Positions 1 to 9,105 of a stretch of 64,000 bases of DNA are shown here, piece after piece. The stretch is from Alphaproteobacteria bacterium (GTDB lineage: Bacteria > Pseudomonadota > Alphaproteobacteria > RF32 > CAG-239): contig JAFUSA010000008.1 of the NCBI GenBank assembly GCA_017480745.1, forward strand, positions 10,530-74,529, given 5' to 3'. Below the pieces are notes generated by a model that saw only the letters and a list, made by a program, of their open reading frames with translations, did not search any database and was not told the DNA's origin. Numbering within the stretch: position 1 is the stretch's first letter; each line of letters starts with the position of its first letter. The position numbers and the translations under genes were made by a program.

Positions 1-16
1 CCTTAACTTCGGTTAT

Positions 17-817
17 TTGCTTTATGAATGCTATTCTGAACAAAGCAAGGAATTAGCACAAAAATTTGCTGAAAAATGGATGAAATATTTTCCTGATAAT
101 GTGATTGTGCAACACATGGGAAATGCTTTGACTAACGGCAAAGCCCTGCAAGGTTCGGATTCGTTATTTATTAAGGAAACTTTTAATGCTTTTGCACCGG
201 ATTTTGATAAAACGTTGGCGGATTTAGAATATAAAGCACCACAGTTGATACAAAATGCGCTAAAACAACATCTGAAAACTTCACTGTTTAATAAACATCA
301 TATTTTGGACTTGGGTTGCGGAACAGGTTTATGTGGTGAAAAAATTAAAAAATTTGCTGCTTTTAAAGGGCTGGTAGGAGTGGATTTATCCGACAAAATG
401 TTAGAAATTGCCGAAAAGAAAAAAATATACGCGCAGTTGGAATGCGACGACATTTGCCACTATATGGAAAACAGCACATATCTGTTTAATGTAGTTGTGG
501 CATCTGATGTTTTGACGTATTTTGGCGATTTAACCAAAGTATTTGTGAGAGTTTCACGTTCGTTATTGCCGAACGGCCTGTTTGTGTTTACTTTTTCAGA
601 AAATGAATTTAACAAGGAAGATTATTTTCTTTCTCCGAGTGGCCGTTTTGTGCATTCATTGATTTATGTTGAAAAAGTTTTGAAAAGCGCCGGTTTGCGC
701 TTGACGTCTACGGAACGGCAAATTTTGCGTAATGAAGCCGAACGACCGGTTTACGGATATGTTACGGTAGCGCGTAAGCCTGATTTGAGCCAAAAACCGC
801 TGACAAAACAAAATTAA
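17..817 (+). CDS. class I SAM-dependent methyltransferase
   Basis: ORF track 266 aa. Gly-rich motif I ILDLGCGTGLCG plus downstream acidic motif typical of the Rossmann MTase fold. Confidence 0.65.
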   Translation: MLYECYSEQSKELAQKFAEKWMKYFPDNVIVQHMGNALTNGKALQGSDSLFIKETFNAFAPDFDKTLADLEYKAPQLIQNALKQHLKTSLFNKHHILDLGCGTGLCGEKIKKFAAFKGLVGVDLSDKMLEIAEKKKIYAQLECDDICHYMENSTYLFNVVVASDVLTYFGDLTKVFVRVSRSLLPNGLFVFTFSENEFNKEDYFLSPSGRFVHSLIYVEKVLKSAGLRLTSTERQILRNEAERPVYGYVTVARKPDLSQKPLTKQN

Positions 818-826
818 AGGGTTAAA

Positions 827-1504
827 ATGTGCAGAATCTTTATAGTTATTTTATGCGTATTTTGGTGCAGTTTAACACAGGCAAATGACTACGGTATAGC
901 CCAACGAGCCATGAAAACACCGGATAATGTTTCTAACAGTGTTCATTCTCTTACGCGCTATTTGGTAGAACCTTATGATAATGATTATGACAAGCTAAAA
1001 GTTATTGCTTATTGGATTGCTTCGCATATTGCGTATGATTCTTATAAGTTTAATAACGGACAGGTAAATCGCAAAGAAGCGCAGTTGGAATATGATGTAT
1101 TAAAGGCAAGAACCGGAGTTTGCGGAGATTTTGCACAACTTTTTACCGATATGGCGCGTGTGGCAGGGATTAAGGCACAATATGTTTCCGGCTATGTTGT
1201 GGAAAATCAAGACCGTTTGAAAAGGTCGTATCGTATTAAAGATATGCCTGAGGTTGGTCATGTGTGGAATGAAGTGGAAATTGATAAACGTAAGTTTTTT
1301 GTAGATACAACGTTTATGAGCGGGGCAAGTATAGGAAATGACGGCAGACGTCCGACTACATTCCGGCATAAACGCGATTTGAGAAAACGCAAACGCCAAA
1401 ATGTAGTCAACGAAAATATCAATGATTTTTATTTTGATTTTACTCCAAAACAAGAATTGCAAAAATACCATCGTGTGCACATAATGGATAAATATGTGCG
1501 ATGA
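827..1504 (+). CDS. secreted transglutaminase-like cysteine peptidase domain protein
   Basis: N-terminal hydrophobic signal. Candidate Cys-His-Asp triad in GVCGDFAQLF, GHVWNEV and FVDTT, consistent with the transglutaminase-like superfamily. Confidence 0.55.
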   Translation: MCRIFIVILCVFWCSLTQANDYGIAQRAMKTPDNVSNSVHSLTRYLVEPYDNDYDKLKVIAYWIASHIAYDSYKFNNGQVNRKEAQLEYDVLKARTGVCGDFAQLFTDMARVAGIKAQYVSGYVVENQDRLKRSYRIKDMPEVGHVWNEVEIDKRKFFVDTTFMSGASIGNDGRRPTTFRHKRDLRKRKRQNVVNENINDFYFDFTPKQELQKYHRVHIMDKYVR

Positions 1505-1983
1505 TTTTTTATGGTCTGCAACAACCTGTTGCTCTATGAGGGTGAAACATCTCTGATTTTTACTGTATGGAATTAATATCAACAACTACGCTTTGCAATA
1601 TATTGCTGTTTAGTGAAATTTGTTCCAGTTTTTATGTCATAAGTTAATTAAATATCATCAAAATAAGAGCAAATTTTACACAAACTTCTCCATACTTACA
1701 ACAAAAGCACTTGTAAAATGAAAATTTCAAAAAAGCGAATTGCCGATTCGCCGGATTCGTGTATATTGTAAAAGATTTTGCAATCTATAATCAAGTTTTG
1801 CCATTAATTTTATAAAATATTCAAAAATTATGCACAAATAAATAATAAAGTAAAATCAATATGTTATGCGTTATATTAAATATTTTTTTACATTTATGAC
1901 AAAAAAATCCATTTTACCTCTTTACAAGGTATAATTTATGTGTTATATATCAATAGTAATATATATGAATGTTTTCATTATAT

Positions 1984-2062
1984 TAATTTTTCAGAAAAAC
2001 TCCTTTTTTTATAAGTTAAACAAAAGTGGTGAGTCCGAGAGAAATCTCGGACTTGCTGCTTT
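1984..2062. repeat. copy 1 of ~75-nt repeated element (AAACTCCTTTTTTTATAAGTTAA + hairpin GTCCGAGAGAAATCTCGGAC)
   Basis: Direct sequence comparison with 2183..2258; shared 5' block and the same loop CGAGAGAAATCTCG. Confidence 0.6.
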
Positions 2063-2182
2063 TAAACACAGGTTTATGGAATAAAATCCAAAAATTTGTG
2101 CATAAATAGAAAAATATTCTTTAATAAAATAATTTTCAAAGATATATTACTTTTGTAATAGATAGTTATTTTCATTCTATTC

Positions 2183-2258
2183 ATTTGAAACTCCTTTTTT
2201 ATAAGTTAATGGAATAACCCCGAGAGAAATCTCGGGGTTATTTTTGGTTTTTATGCAA
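2183..2258. repeat. copy 2 of the repeated element (hairpin CCCCGAGAGAAATCTCGGGG followed by TTATTTTTGGTTTTT)
   Basis: Same 5' block and hairpin as 1984..2062. On the + strand the hairpin plus T-run looks like an intrinsic terminator. On the - strand it sits just downstream of the Cys-rich gene stop and is followed by AAGGAG and a tiny ORF. Confidence 0.6.
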
Positions 2259-2267
2259 TAACAGTTA

Positions 2268-2768
2268 TTACTCTGCGGCAGAATCTGTTTGCGGAATGCT
2301 GTTTTCCGCTGTTTTATCCTTACCGTGAAACTTAAAATGTTTATCTTTTTTGCCACCGAATTTTTTAGCATGATGACCGGCAAACGCTGCACCATGACTG
2401 CCATCAGTGTTGATAATGATAATGGTATTACCGGATTCGTCCACAAAAGATGGAGCTTTACGCATCATTGAAGCTACACGCGGAGCCTTAACCGGACAAG
2501 GAGCACAGCAACAATGCAACATTTCATTAAAGCCCATACCGGCCAAAAAGACAATCAGCAAAGCCAATACTTTGAAAATACATTTTTTACCGCATCCGCA
2601 ACCGCAACTTTTGCCACAACCGCAATCCTTACCGCAACCGCAAGTGCACTCTTTGCCTTCCTGACACCCGCACTTGCAACCACTATCGCAAGCGGCTTCC
2701 GGATGATGTGGATGATGATGTTCGGCGTGTTCTTTTTCAATATGAGGATTTTTATCTTCTTTATGCAT
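2268..2768 (-). CDS. Cys/His-rich metallothionein-like single-pass membrane protein (putative metal-binding)
   Basis: Start refined to MHKEDKNPH, preceded by AAAGAAAGGTAAAAAGA. Contains HHHPHH, a CGCGKDCGCGKSCGCGCGKKC run, one TM segment, an HCCCAPCP motif and a His-rich C-terminus. A TTGACG promoter-like box lies upstream. Confidence 0.45.
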   Translation of the reverse strand: MHKEDKNPHIEKEHAEHHHPHHPEAACDSGCKCGCQEGKECTCGCGKDCGCGKSCGCGCGKKCIFKVLALLIVFLAGMGFNEMLHCCCAPCPVKAPRVASMMRKAPSFVDESGNTIIIINTDGSHGAAFAGHHAKKFGGKKDKHFKFHGKDKTAENSIPQTDSAAE

Positions 2769-2922
2769 TCTTTTTACCTTTCTTTTTTTACTACCACCCT
2801 TAAAATAATAGAATTTATCGGAAAAGTAAAGCATTTTTTGATAAAAAATATTTGTAATAAAAAATTGCGATATTTTGCAAAAACAGTCTTGAATTTATGG
2901 GAAATTTGCATATAATGAAAAG

Positions 2923-3225
2923 CGTCAAGTTTTGACTGTGACACCAGAGACCTTATGAAATAGGTACATTGGACCCGGGGGCAGTGCCCGGCATCTCCAC
3001 CATTCAAGGGGATGAATCAGGTTTGACAGTGTATAGTAAAGATATGTGTTGTGTCCGGTGAGATACCACCGTTATCGGTTCAAATTAAATGAATGCAAAT
3101 GATAATTTTGCACCTGTTGCCGTAGCTGCTTAGGCAAAAGCAACGAAATAAATTCTTTGTGCTTTGGTTAGTATAAAGTGGGGGAGGAGCCACCCAGCAA
3201 CAGAACGGCTCGAAACTTGAATTAT
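2923..3225 (+). ncRNA. ssrA: two-piece (circularly permuted) tmRNA gene ssrA: acceptor piece ending ..CUCCACCA at 3002, coding piece starting GGGGAUG at 3008, tag reading frame 3094..3132 (ANDNFAPVAVAA*)
   Basis: Promoter TTGAAT(2889)-16-TATAAT(2911). T-arm-like hairpin CCGGGGGCAGUGCCCGG, then UCUCCACCA. GGGGAUG pairs in trans with CAUCUCC. Resume codon GCA, then AAT GAT AAT TTT GCA CCT GTT GCC GTA GCT GCT TAG. The 3' boundary is approximate. Confidence 0.75.
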
Positions 3226-3237
3226 AAGGGTATAGAT

Positions 3238-3690
3238 ATGGCAGACTTTATCACTGAATTTGATTATGATGAATTAGTTGAAAAATCTTTACGCAATGTG
3301 GTTTATTATGCACTGAAAGTGGTTGAAGAACAGGGCTTACCGGGAGAAAACCATTTTTATATTACCTTTCGAACCAATTATCCGGGAACTATTATTTCTA
3401 AGAATCTTAAAATTCAATATCCGGAAAGTATGACCATTGTATTGCAAAATCAGTTTAATAATTTAGTCGTGCGCCACAATAGTTTTTCTGTTGATTTGAG
3501 TTTTGGTGGAACACCGCAAACAATTACTATTCCATACGATGCCATAACTTATTTTGCCGATCCGTATGCTAAATTTGGTCTTAGTTTTGAACATGATGAT
3601 GCTTTTTATGAAGGAACAGAAGCGCAACAAACATCTGTTGCGGCACAAGATGCCGAAATAATATCCATTGATAAATATCGCAGAAAATAA
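3238..3690 (+). CDS. sspB: ClpXP adaptor SspB-like protein (stringent starvation protein B family)
   Basis: Start moved to MADFITEF. The track ORF ran in-frame through ssrA. Resemblance to the SspB fold (NHFYITFRTNYPG..., ITIPYDAITYFADP) and an acidic C-terminal tail. Confidence 0.5.
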   Translation: MADFITEFDYDELVEKSLRNVVYYALKVVEEQGLPGENHFYITFRTNYPGTIISKNLKIQYPESMTIVLQNQFNNLVVRHNSFSVDLSFGGTPQTITIPYDAITYFADPYAKFGLSFEHDDAFYEGTEAQQTSVAAQDAEIISIDKYRRK

Positions 3691-3944
3691 TGACTAAATT
3701 ATCCGTAATAATTGCCGGTAAACATGCAACGAGTATAAGTTTGGAAAAAGAATTTTATGATGAGTTTTCGTATATTGCCAAACAGCTTAAACTCAGTCGC
3801 AATAAATTGATAACCGTAATTGACCGAGAACGTAACGGTAAAAATTTGTCAGCGGCAATTAGAATTTTTGTTATGCAATATTATAAAAATTTGGCGGTAA
3901 AGCAGTCAACTACGCCAAAAAGATCTGCTGAAAACAACAAATAA
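3690..3944 (+). CDS. ribbon-helix-helix DNA-binding protein (COG4321-like)
   Basis: SISLEKEFYDEFSYIAKQLKLSRNKLITVIDRER motif; ATGA overlap with the upstream gene. Confidence 0.45.
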   Translation: MTKLSVIIAGKHATSISLEKEFYDEFSYIAKQLKLSRNKLITVIDRERNGKNLSAAIRIFVMQYYKNLAVKQSTTPKRSAENNK

Positions 3945-5342
3945 GGTAATTACTTCTAACCGTCCTAACAGCATGGTGAAGCATAAAATATATTTTATGG
4001 AATCAGAGAAAAATGCGTAATTTCCTTTTGGTCCTATAACATCAACCGAGCCGACACCGACATTTGTTATACAAGCCATAACAGCTGCCATAGAGGTTTT
4101 AAAATCTATACCGCACAGGCTTACCATTAGAGTTAGTAACATTATGCTTATCACAAAAGATAATATATATACAAAAACAGAAACAGTGGCTCTTTCCGGC
4201 ATATTTACTGTTCCTATTTTTAGTGGTACCACGCGATTTGGCTCAATGGCAAGCATAAAATAACGTTGCAAAAAAGCCCATACGGCTTGCCACCTAAATA
4301 TTTTTATGGAACCGCTGGTAGAACCGGTGCATCCCCCCATTAACGACAGAAAAAGTACGGCCGCCGTTGCCCATGTTCCCCACGAAACATAATCTGACGT
4401 TGTTAAACCGGTTGTTGTTACAATGGATATGACAACAAAAAAGCTTTGCCTCAATGCTTCCCATAAAGTGTTATCGGAATCAGCGCACAGGTATATACCA
4501 AGCAGAACAGCATAAGTGACAATTAGCTTAAAAAATACTCTTACCTGTTTGTTTTTATCCGCTTGCATACGTCGCAACAACAAAATATAAAAAGTCATAG
4601 GTAATGCTCCGGCAAGCATAAAAAACATTACTGCCAACTCAATGATGAAGCTGTTATAAAAACCGATGGAATCATTTTTGGTTGAAAAACCACCGGTCCC
4701 GATGGCTGACATTGCATGATTAACGGCATCAAACCAATCCATTCCGCACAAAAATAAAACTCCGCCGGCAATCATGAACAGAAAGACATAAACTATTACA
4801 ATTCTTTTGGCTATATAACTGAATTTAGGCATAAACTTGTCGTTTGAATCAGAGTTTTCGTGCTGAAACATTTGCATTCCACCGATACCCAAAAATGGCA
4901 GCAACGCCACAGCAAAAATAACTATTCCCAATCCGCCAATATAATTTAACAATGATCGCCACAGCAATATTGAAATAGGTAAACTTTCCACATCATTCAT
5001 AATTGTGGCACCCGTGCCGGTAATACCGGATACGGCTTCAAACAGTGCATCGGTAAAATTGAAAACACTTTTATGTAATTCAAAAGGCATTGAGGCAAAC
5101 AAAGCCACCAAAATCCAGCTGACAACAGTTATTAAATATCCTTGTTTAAGGGTAATTCGTTCAATTTTGGTTTTATGCGCCAAAAACAGGGCAAACCCAA
5201 AAAATATGGTTAACAATGCGGAGTTTATGAAAGGTGACCACTCCATATTTTGCACAAACAAATCCAATGCCGCAGGTATCAGCATAACCAGCCCTAAAAC
5301 ACCAAGAATATATCCGCTAATCATTAAAACCGGTTGCCACAT
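3906..5342 (-). CDS. trkH: Trk-type potassium uptake protein TrkH
   Basis: 478 aa polytopic protein with repeated GxGxT-like pore loops (ITGTGAT, TTTGLT, IGTGGFS). Confidence 0.85.
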   Translation of the reverse strand: MWQPVLMISGYILGVLGLVMLIPAALDLFVQNMEWSPFINSALLTIFFGFALFLAHKTKIERITLKQGYLITVVSWILVALFASMPFELHKSVFNFTDALFEAVSGITGTGATIMNDVESLPISILLWRSLLNYIGGLGIVIFAVALLPFLGIGGMQMFQHENSDSNDKFMPKFSYIAKRIVIVYVFLFMIAGGVLFLCGMDWFDAVNHAMSAIGTGGFSTKNDSIGFYNSFIIELAVMFFMLAGALPMTFYILLLRRMQADKNKQVRVFFKLIVTYAVLLGIYLCADSDNTLWEALRQSFFVVISIVTTTGLTTSDYVSWGTWATAAVLFLSLMGGCTGSTSGSIKIFRWQAVWAFLQRYFMLAIEPNRVVPLKIGTVNMPERATVSVFVYILSFVISIMLLTLMVSLCGIDFKTSMAAVMACITNVGVGSVDVIGPKGNYAFFSDSIKYILCFTMLLGRLEVITLFVVFSRSFWRS

Positions 5343-5349
5343 TGCAATA

Positions 5350-6198
5350 CTATTTTAACCCCACATTATCAGCTAAATGATAATCAACCATTTTTTTATT
5401 CAGAAAAATGCCATCAACAAAGCAAAGTGCAGTTCCGGCTTGTGATTGAGAGGTATAGGCAACAACCTCGCAATACACCTGTCTGTCTTTGGTTGCCGTA
5501 ACCAAAAAATCCTGAGCCAATTTTAAATCATAATCGTTCGGATTGCTGTATATACCGTATAAATAAACATATTCGCCGGCAATATAAAAACTGTTCGGTC
5601 CTACCACATCAACAGTGCTGTATAATTTTTCCGGTGTTTCTAAATATTCTAAGTCATTGTTATCTAACACAATATAATATTGGCTTAAATCGCCGTCATA
5701 GTATTTTTCGGAGTTATTTTTGCCGTCATTTGGAGTATGGGCCATAATTTGCAATTTTCTCTTCGAGGCGCTTTTAGCTTTCAATTTAGCTTTTTCCGGG
5801 TTATATTTTGCCTTACGAAAACCGGCAACATTCCATGAAACAAATTTAACATCCTCTTTTTTATTTTCTCCCTCAGCTTTTTGAGGTTGTTTTTTATTGA
5901 TGGCAGGTTTTACGATACGTTCAATGCTCTCCGCCTTTTCCTTAACTTTGTATATAGCTTCCTCTTTGATTTCCACAAACTCGTGGGTTGGCATTTTTAC
6001 CATATACCATGCCCACACATCATGGAGCTTTATTCCCTTAAACATCGGAACTGCAATTAAAATAAGTATTAACACAAGCAATCCAACGGTTATTTGCCAA
6101 AACTTTCTAAATGGAAGAGTTATCAGCATAATAGCACGATGAATCCACAGCAATACACCACTTAAACGCATTTCAACCCATTCTTTTTTGTCAGCCAT
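5350..6198 (-). CDS. membrane-anchored protein with C-terminal staphylococcal-nuclease (SNase)-like domain
   Basis: Start moved to MADKKEW, directly after the metG stop. One TM segment. The C-terminal VYCEVVAY..GTALCFVDGIFLNKKMVDYHLA resembles the thermonuclease fold. Confidence 0.4.
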   Translation of the reverse strand: MADKKEWVEMRLSGVLLWIHRAIMLITLPFRKFWQITVGLLVLILILIAVPMFKGIKLHDVWAWYMVKMPTHEFVEIKEEAIYKVKEKAESIERIVKPAINKKQPQKAEGENKKEDVKFVSWNVAGFRKAKYNPEKAKLKAKSASKRKLQIMAHTPNDGKNNSEKYYDGDLSQYYIVLDNNDLEYLETPEKLYSTVDVVGPNSFYIAGEYVYLYGIYSNPNDYDLKLAQDFLVTATKDRQVYCEVVAYTSQSQAGTALCFVDGIFLNKKMVDYHLADNVGLK

Positions 6199-6199
6199 A

Positions 6200-7891
6200 T
6201 CAGCCTCCGTATGTTTGTTGCAATTCCTGCATTTTTTCCGGCGTAATTCTTTCAAATAACGCTTCACCAACCGTAAATTCTTGTCCGGTTCTTAAAGCAT
6301 TAATTTCAGTTGCTACATCAAACTCACGCAAAGTAGGCATATTTGCCAAAGTTAAGTTAAACTTTGCTAACATTTTTTCGGCAGTATTCGGAATCAGAGG
6401 TGCACTCAGTATGGCATAAATACGGATTAAATTTAGGCAAACACGCAAAATTGTTTCCGCTCGTTTTGGATTTTCTTTAATAACTGTCCACGGTTCAGTG
6501 GCAGAAATATAGTTATTGCCTTCAACCCAAATTGCCCGCAACTCATTAACAGCTTTTCTAAACTCCATTGCTTCCATATATTTGAAGTAATCATTAACGC
6601 GATTTTGCAAAATTTTGATCAGTTCTTTGTCTTCTGCTTGCAATTCTTCACCTTGCGGAACGGTATTGTTTATTTTTGAAGATGTCATTTTCAAAACACG
6701 TTGCACAAAATTGCCCAACACACCGTTAAGATCTTTGTTTATTGTATTTACAAAGCTCTCAAAGGTAAAAGATGAATCCGAAGCCTCCGGTGCATTTGCC
6801 ATCAACCAATAACGCCAATAATCACTCGGAAATTCTTTTACGGCATCTTCGGCAAACACTCCACGATGTTCTGATTTTGAAAATTTACCACCGGCGAAAG
6901 TAAGGTAACTCATTCCTTTCAAATAATCCACCTTTGTCCAGTTTTCACCGGTGCCGAGCAAAGTTGCCGGAAAAGTTATGGAATGGTAAGGCACATTATC
7001 TTTTCCCATAAACTCCACATAACGAACTCCTTCGGCGTCTAACCACCAATCTTTCCAATTTCGTTTGGTCGGATTTTCATCTGACCATTGTTTAGTAATA
7101 CCGATATAACCGATAGGAGCATCAAACCAAACATAAAAGACTTTATCCTCAAAACCGGCTTTATTTACCGAAAATCCCCATTTTAAATCGCGAGTAATAC
7201 AGCGCGGTTGCAAACCTTCCTTTACCCATTTTTTAGCAATGGAATATGCTACATCCGGCCAAAAAGCTTCCTTTGTTTTCAGCCATTCTACTAACTTTTC
7301 TTCAATTTTGGGCAGATTAAGAAAAAGGTGTTTTGTTTCACGAATCTCTAAATTACTGCTGCCGGAAATAGTGCTGTGCGGATTGATTAAATCAGTCGGC
7401 TCCAATACTTTTGTGCAGTTTTCACATTGATCACCGCGCGCCTTATCATATCCGCAATGCGGGCAAGTTCCTGTAATATAGCGATCAGCCAAAAACATTT
7501 TATCGTCAACGGAATAAACTTGTTTCATTGTTTTTTCGGCAACAAAACCGTTTTTATCAAGTTGTTCAAAAATATGATAAGTGATTTCTTTATTTTGTTC
7601 GCTTGAAGTGCGTCCGAAATAATCAAAAGAAAGGTTAAAATCGGCATAAACTTTTTTATGACGAGCATGGTATTTATCGCAATATTCCTGCACGGGCATA
7701 TTTTCTTTTAAGGCGCCAACTTCTGAGGCAGTTCCATGTTCATCATTACCGCAAATATATAAAACCTCATGACCGCACATCCGCATATAGCGCGCGTAAA
7801 CATCAGATGGCAATAAACAGCCAACCATGTGCCCCAAATGTGGAACGCCGTTGATATACGGTAAAGCGGAAGTGATTAAAATTTTAGACAT
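6200..7891 (-). CDS. metG: methionine--tRNA ligase (short form, no C-terminal tRNA-binding extension)
   Basis: HIGH motif (PYINGVPHLGH), KMSKS (KFSKSEH), and a CPHCGY..C.NC zinc knuckle. Confidence 0.9.
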   Translation of the reverse strand: MSKILITSALPYINGVPHLGHMVGCLLPSDVYARYMRMCGHEVLYICGNDEHGTASEVGALKENMPVQEYCDKYHARHKKVYADFNLSFDYFGRTSSEQNKEITYHIFEQLDKNGFVAEKTMKQVYSVDDKMFLADRYITGTCPHCGYDKARGDQCENCTKVLEPTDLINPHSTISGSSNLEIRETKHLFLNLPKIEEKLVEWLKTKEAFWPDVAYSIAKKWVKEGLQPRCITRDLKWGFSVNKAGFEDKVFYVWFDAPIGYIGITKQWSDENPTKRNWKDWWLDAEGVRYVEFMGKDNVPYHSITFPATLLGTGENWTKVDYLKGMSYLTFAGGKFSKSEHRGVFAEDAVKEFPSDYWRYWLMANAPEASDSSFTFESFVNTINKDLNGVLGNFVQRVLKMTSSKINNTVPQGEELQAEDKELIKILQNRVNDYFKYMEAMEFRKAVNELRAIWVEGNNYISATEPWTVIKENPKRAETILRVCLNLIRIYAILSAPLIPNTAEKMLAKFNLTLANMPTLREFDVATEINALRTGQEFTVGEALFERITPEKMQELQQTYGG

Positions 7892-8046
7892 ATTTGCAGA
7901 CTCCTATAAAAATTATATTTGTGGCAAGTTTACAGATATTTTGCATGTTTCGCAAGTATTATATCGCTTATCCCACTGATTTTTTCTTTGTTGGGTCTCT
8001 TGTCGGTAAAAAAATAAGGTATATTTTTGATGTGAGGAGATTTTCA

Positions 8047-8538
8047 ATGTTGGTAAATGATAAAATGCAACAAGGATATGAGTATTTTTATACTGTTCCG
8101 GAAGGAGAGATGTTCGCTGACGATTTTAAGCCGGAATTAACACCACGGCAAATGCTCGAATTAGGTGTTTTTGAAGGGCATTATTTGAATGACTGTCAAA
8201 GAGAATTTCCGGCAAATTGGTTTACGGAGGCTAAAATATCGCTTAATAAGCCGAATATAAAACTTAATTATTTTCAAATTAAATCGCGAATGTCTTTGCC
8301 GGAATGGCAAAAACGCGGATGGATATTGGCTCCGGATCCACGAGGTTGGTTTCAATGGTATTGCCGTTATTATATGGGGCGTCGCTTGGCAGATATTGAT
8401 GCTTGGCAAATAAAGCGTTGGCGTTCATTCAAACGACATTATGCGCAAGTAAAACAAAATTGTTTGCCTATGGACTTAGACTGTCGCCGCCGGCAACGTC
8501 AAGCTCTGTTGCAATGGGCTTATGATCCGTTTTTTTGA
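8047..8538 (+). CDS. conserved hypothetical protein
   Basis: Start chosen at MLVNDKMQQ after GAGGAG. Conserved-looking GWFQWYCRYYMGRR...QIKRW segment; no function assigned. Confidence 0.35.
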   Translation: MLVNDKMQQGYEYFYTVPEGEMFADDFKPELTPRQMLELGVFEGHYLNDCQREFPANWFTEAKISLNKPNIKLNYFQIKSRMSLPEWQKRGWILAPDPRGWFQWYCRYYMGRRLADIDAWQIKRWRSFKRHYAQVKQNCLPMDLDCRRRQRQALLQWAYDPFF

Positions 8539-8734
8539 TTTTTACATATTTTGATTGATTTTTAAATTTTTTGAGATATAATAGATTTAGAACTTCGGTT
8601 TGAGAGAGGATTCAAAACTCTTGTATATTTAGAAAGTGGCGCTGAAAATTTATACTTCTATTAAAAAGTTGCACAAGCATTAAAAAAGTTCTTGCTTTTT
8701 GTGTAAAAACGGTTTAACAAAAAAAATGTTCAAT

Positions 8735-8810
8735 GGTCCCATCGTCTAGTGGCTTAGGACGCGGCCCTCTCAAGGCTGCAACACGAGTTCGAATCTCGTT
8801 GGGATCACCA
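8735..8810 (+). tRNA. tRNA-Glu (anticodon CUC)
   Basis: Hand-folded cloverleaf: acceptor GGTCCCA/TGGGATC, anticodon loop CTCTCAA, T-arm GTTCGAATC, 3' CCA encoded. Terminator hairpin 8817..8850. Confidence 0.8.
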
Positions 8811-8816
8811 ATACAA

Positions 8817-8850
8817 ACGGCAGGCTCTAAATTGCCTGTTGTTTCTTTTT
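8817..8850 (+). terminator. intrinsic terminator after tRNA-Glu (ACGGCAGGC..GCCTGTTGT + TTCTTTTT)
   Basis: Hairpin plus T-run seen in sequence. Confidence 0.6.
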
Positions 8851-9105
8851 AAATCAGGTGTTTATATGAGTTCGTAAGTTCGTTTTTTGAAAATACGCAT
8901 TTTGGAAATTTTACGAACCGGTTATAGCAACAATGCAATAAAATCAAGGATTTAATTAGTTTGAGTCCCGCCAAAGTTGTTGGTGTGCATTTGACTTGGT
9001 TGATGCAATAATTTTTTACCGAAATGGGAAAGAAAATGAATGAATGTTTACTTTATTTAACAAGTTTTGTAGTATAAGCACAAAGAGTATAAGTGGAGGA
9101 AATAA

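Noticed and set aside
1100-1585. 161-aa minus-strand ORF
   Set aside because: It is entirely antisense to the transglutaminase-like gene 827..1504. It has low complexity and no RBS.
2289-2915. Plus-strand ORFs 2289..2471, 2407..2664, 2514..2915 and minus-strand 2555..2740
   Set aside because: These are products of the CCGCAACCGCA low-complexity repeat that encodes the CGCG run on the minus strand. They are alternative frames of the same repeat, not independent genes.
3178-3237. N-terminal extension of the track ORF 3178..3690 (MGEEPPSNRTARNLNYKGID)
   Set aside because: It reads through the 3' part of the ssrA coding piece. The true start is MADFITEF at 3238.
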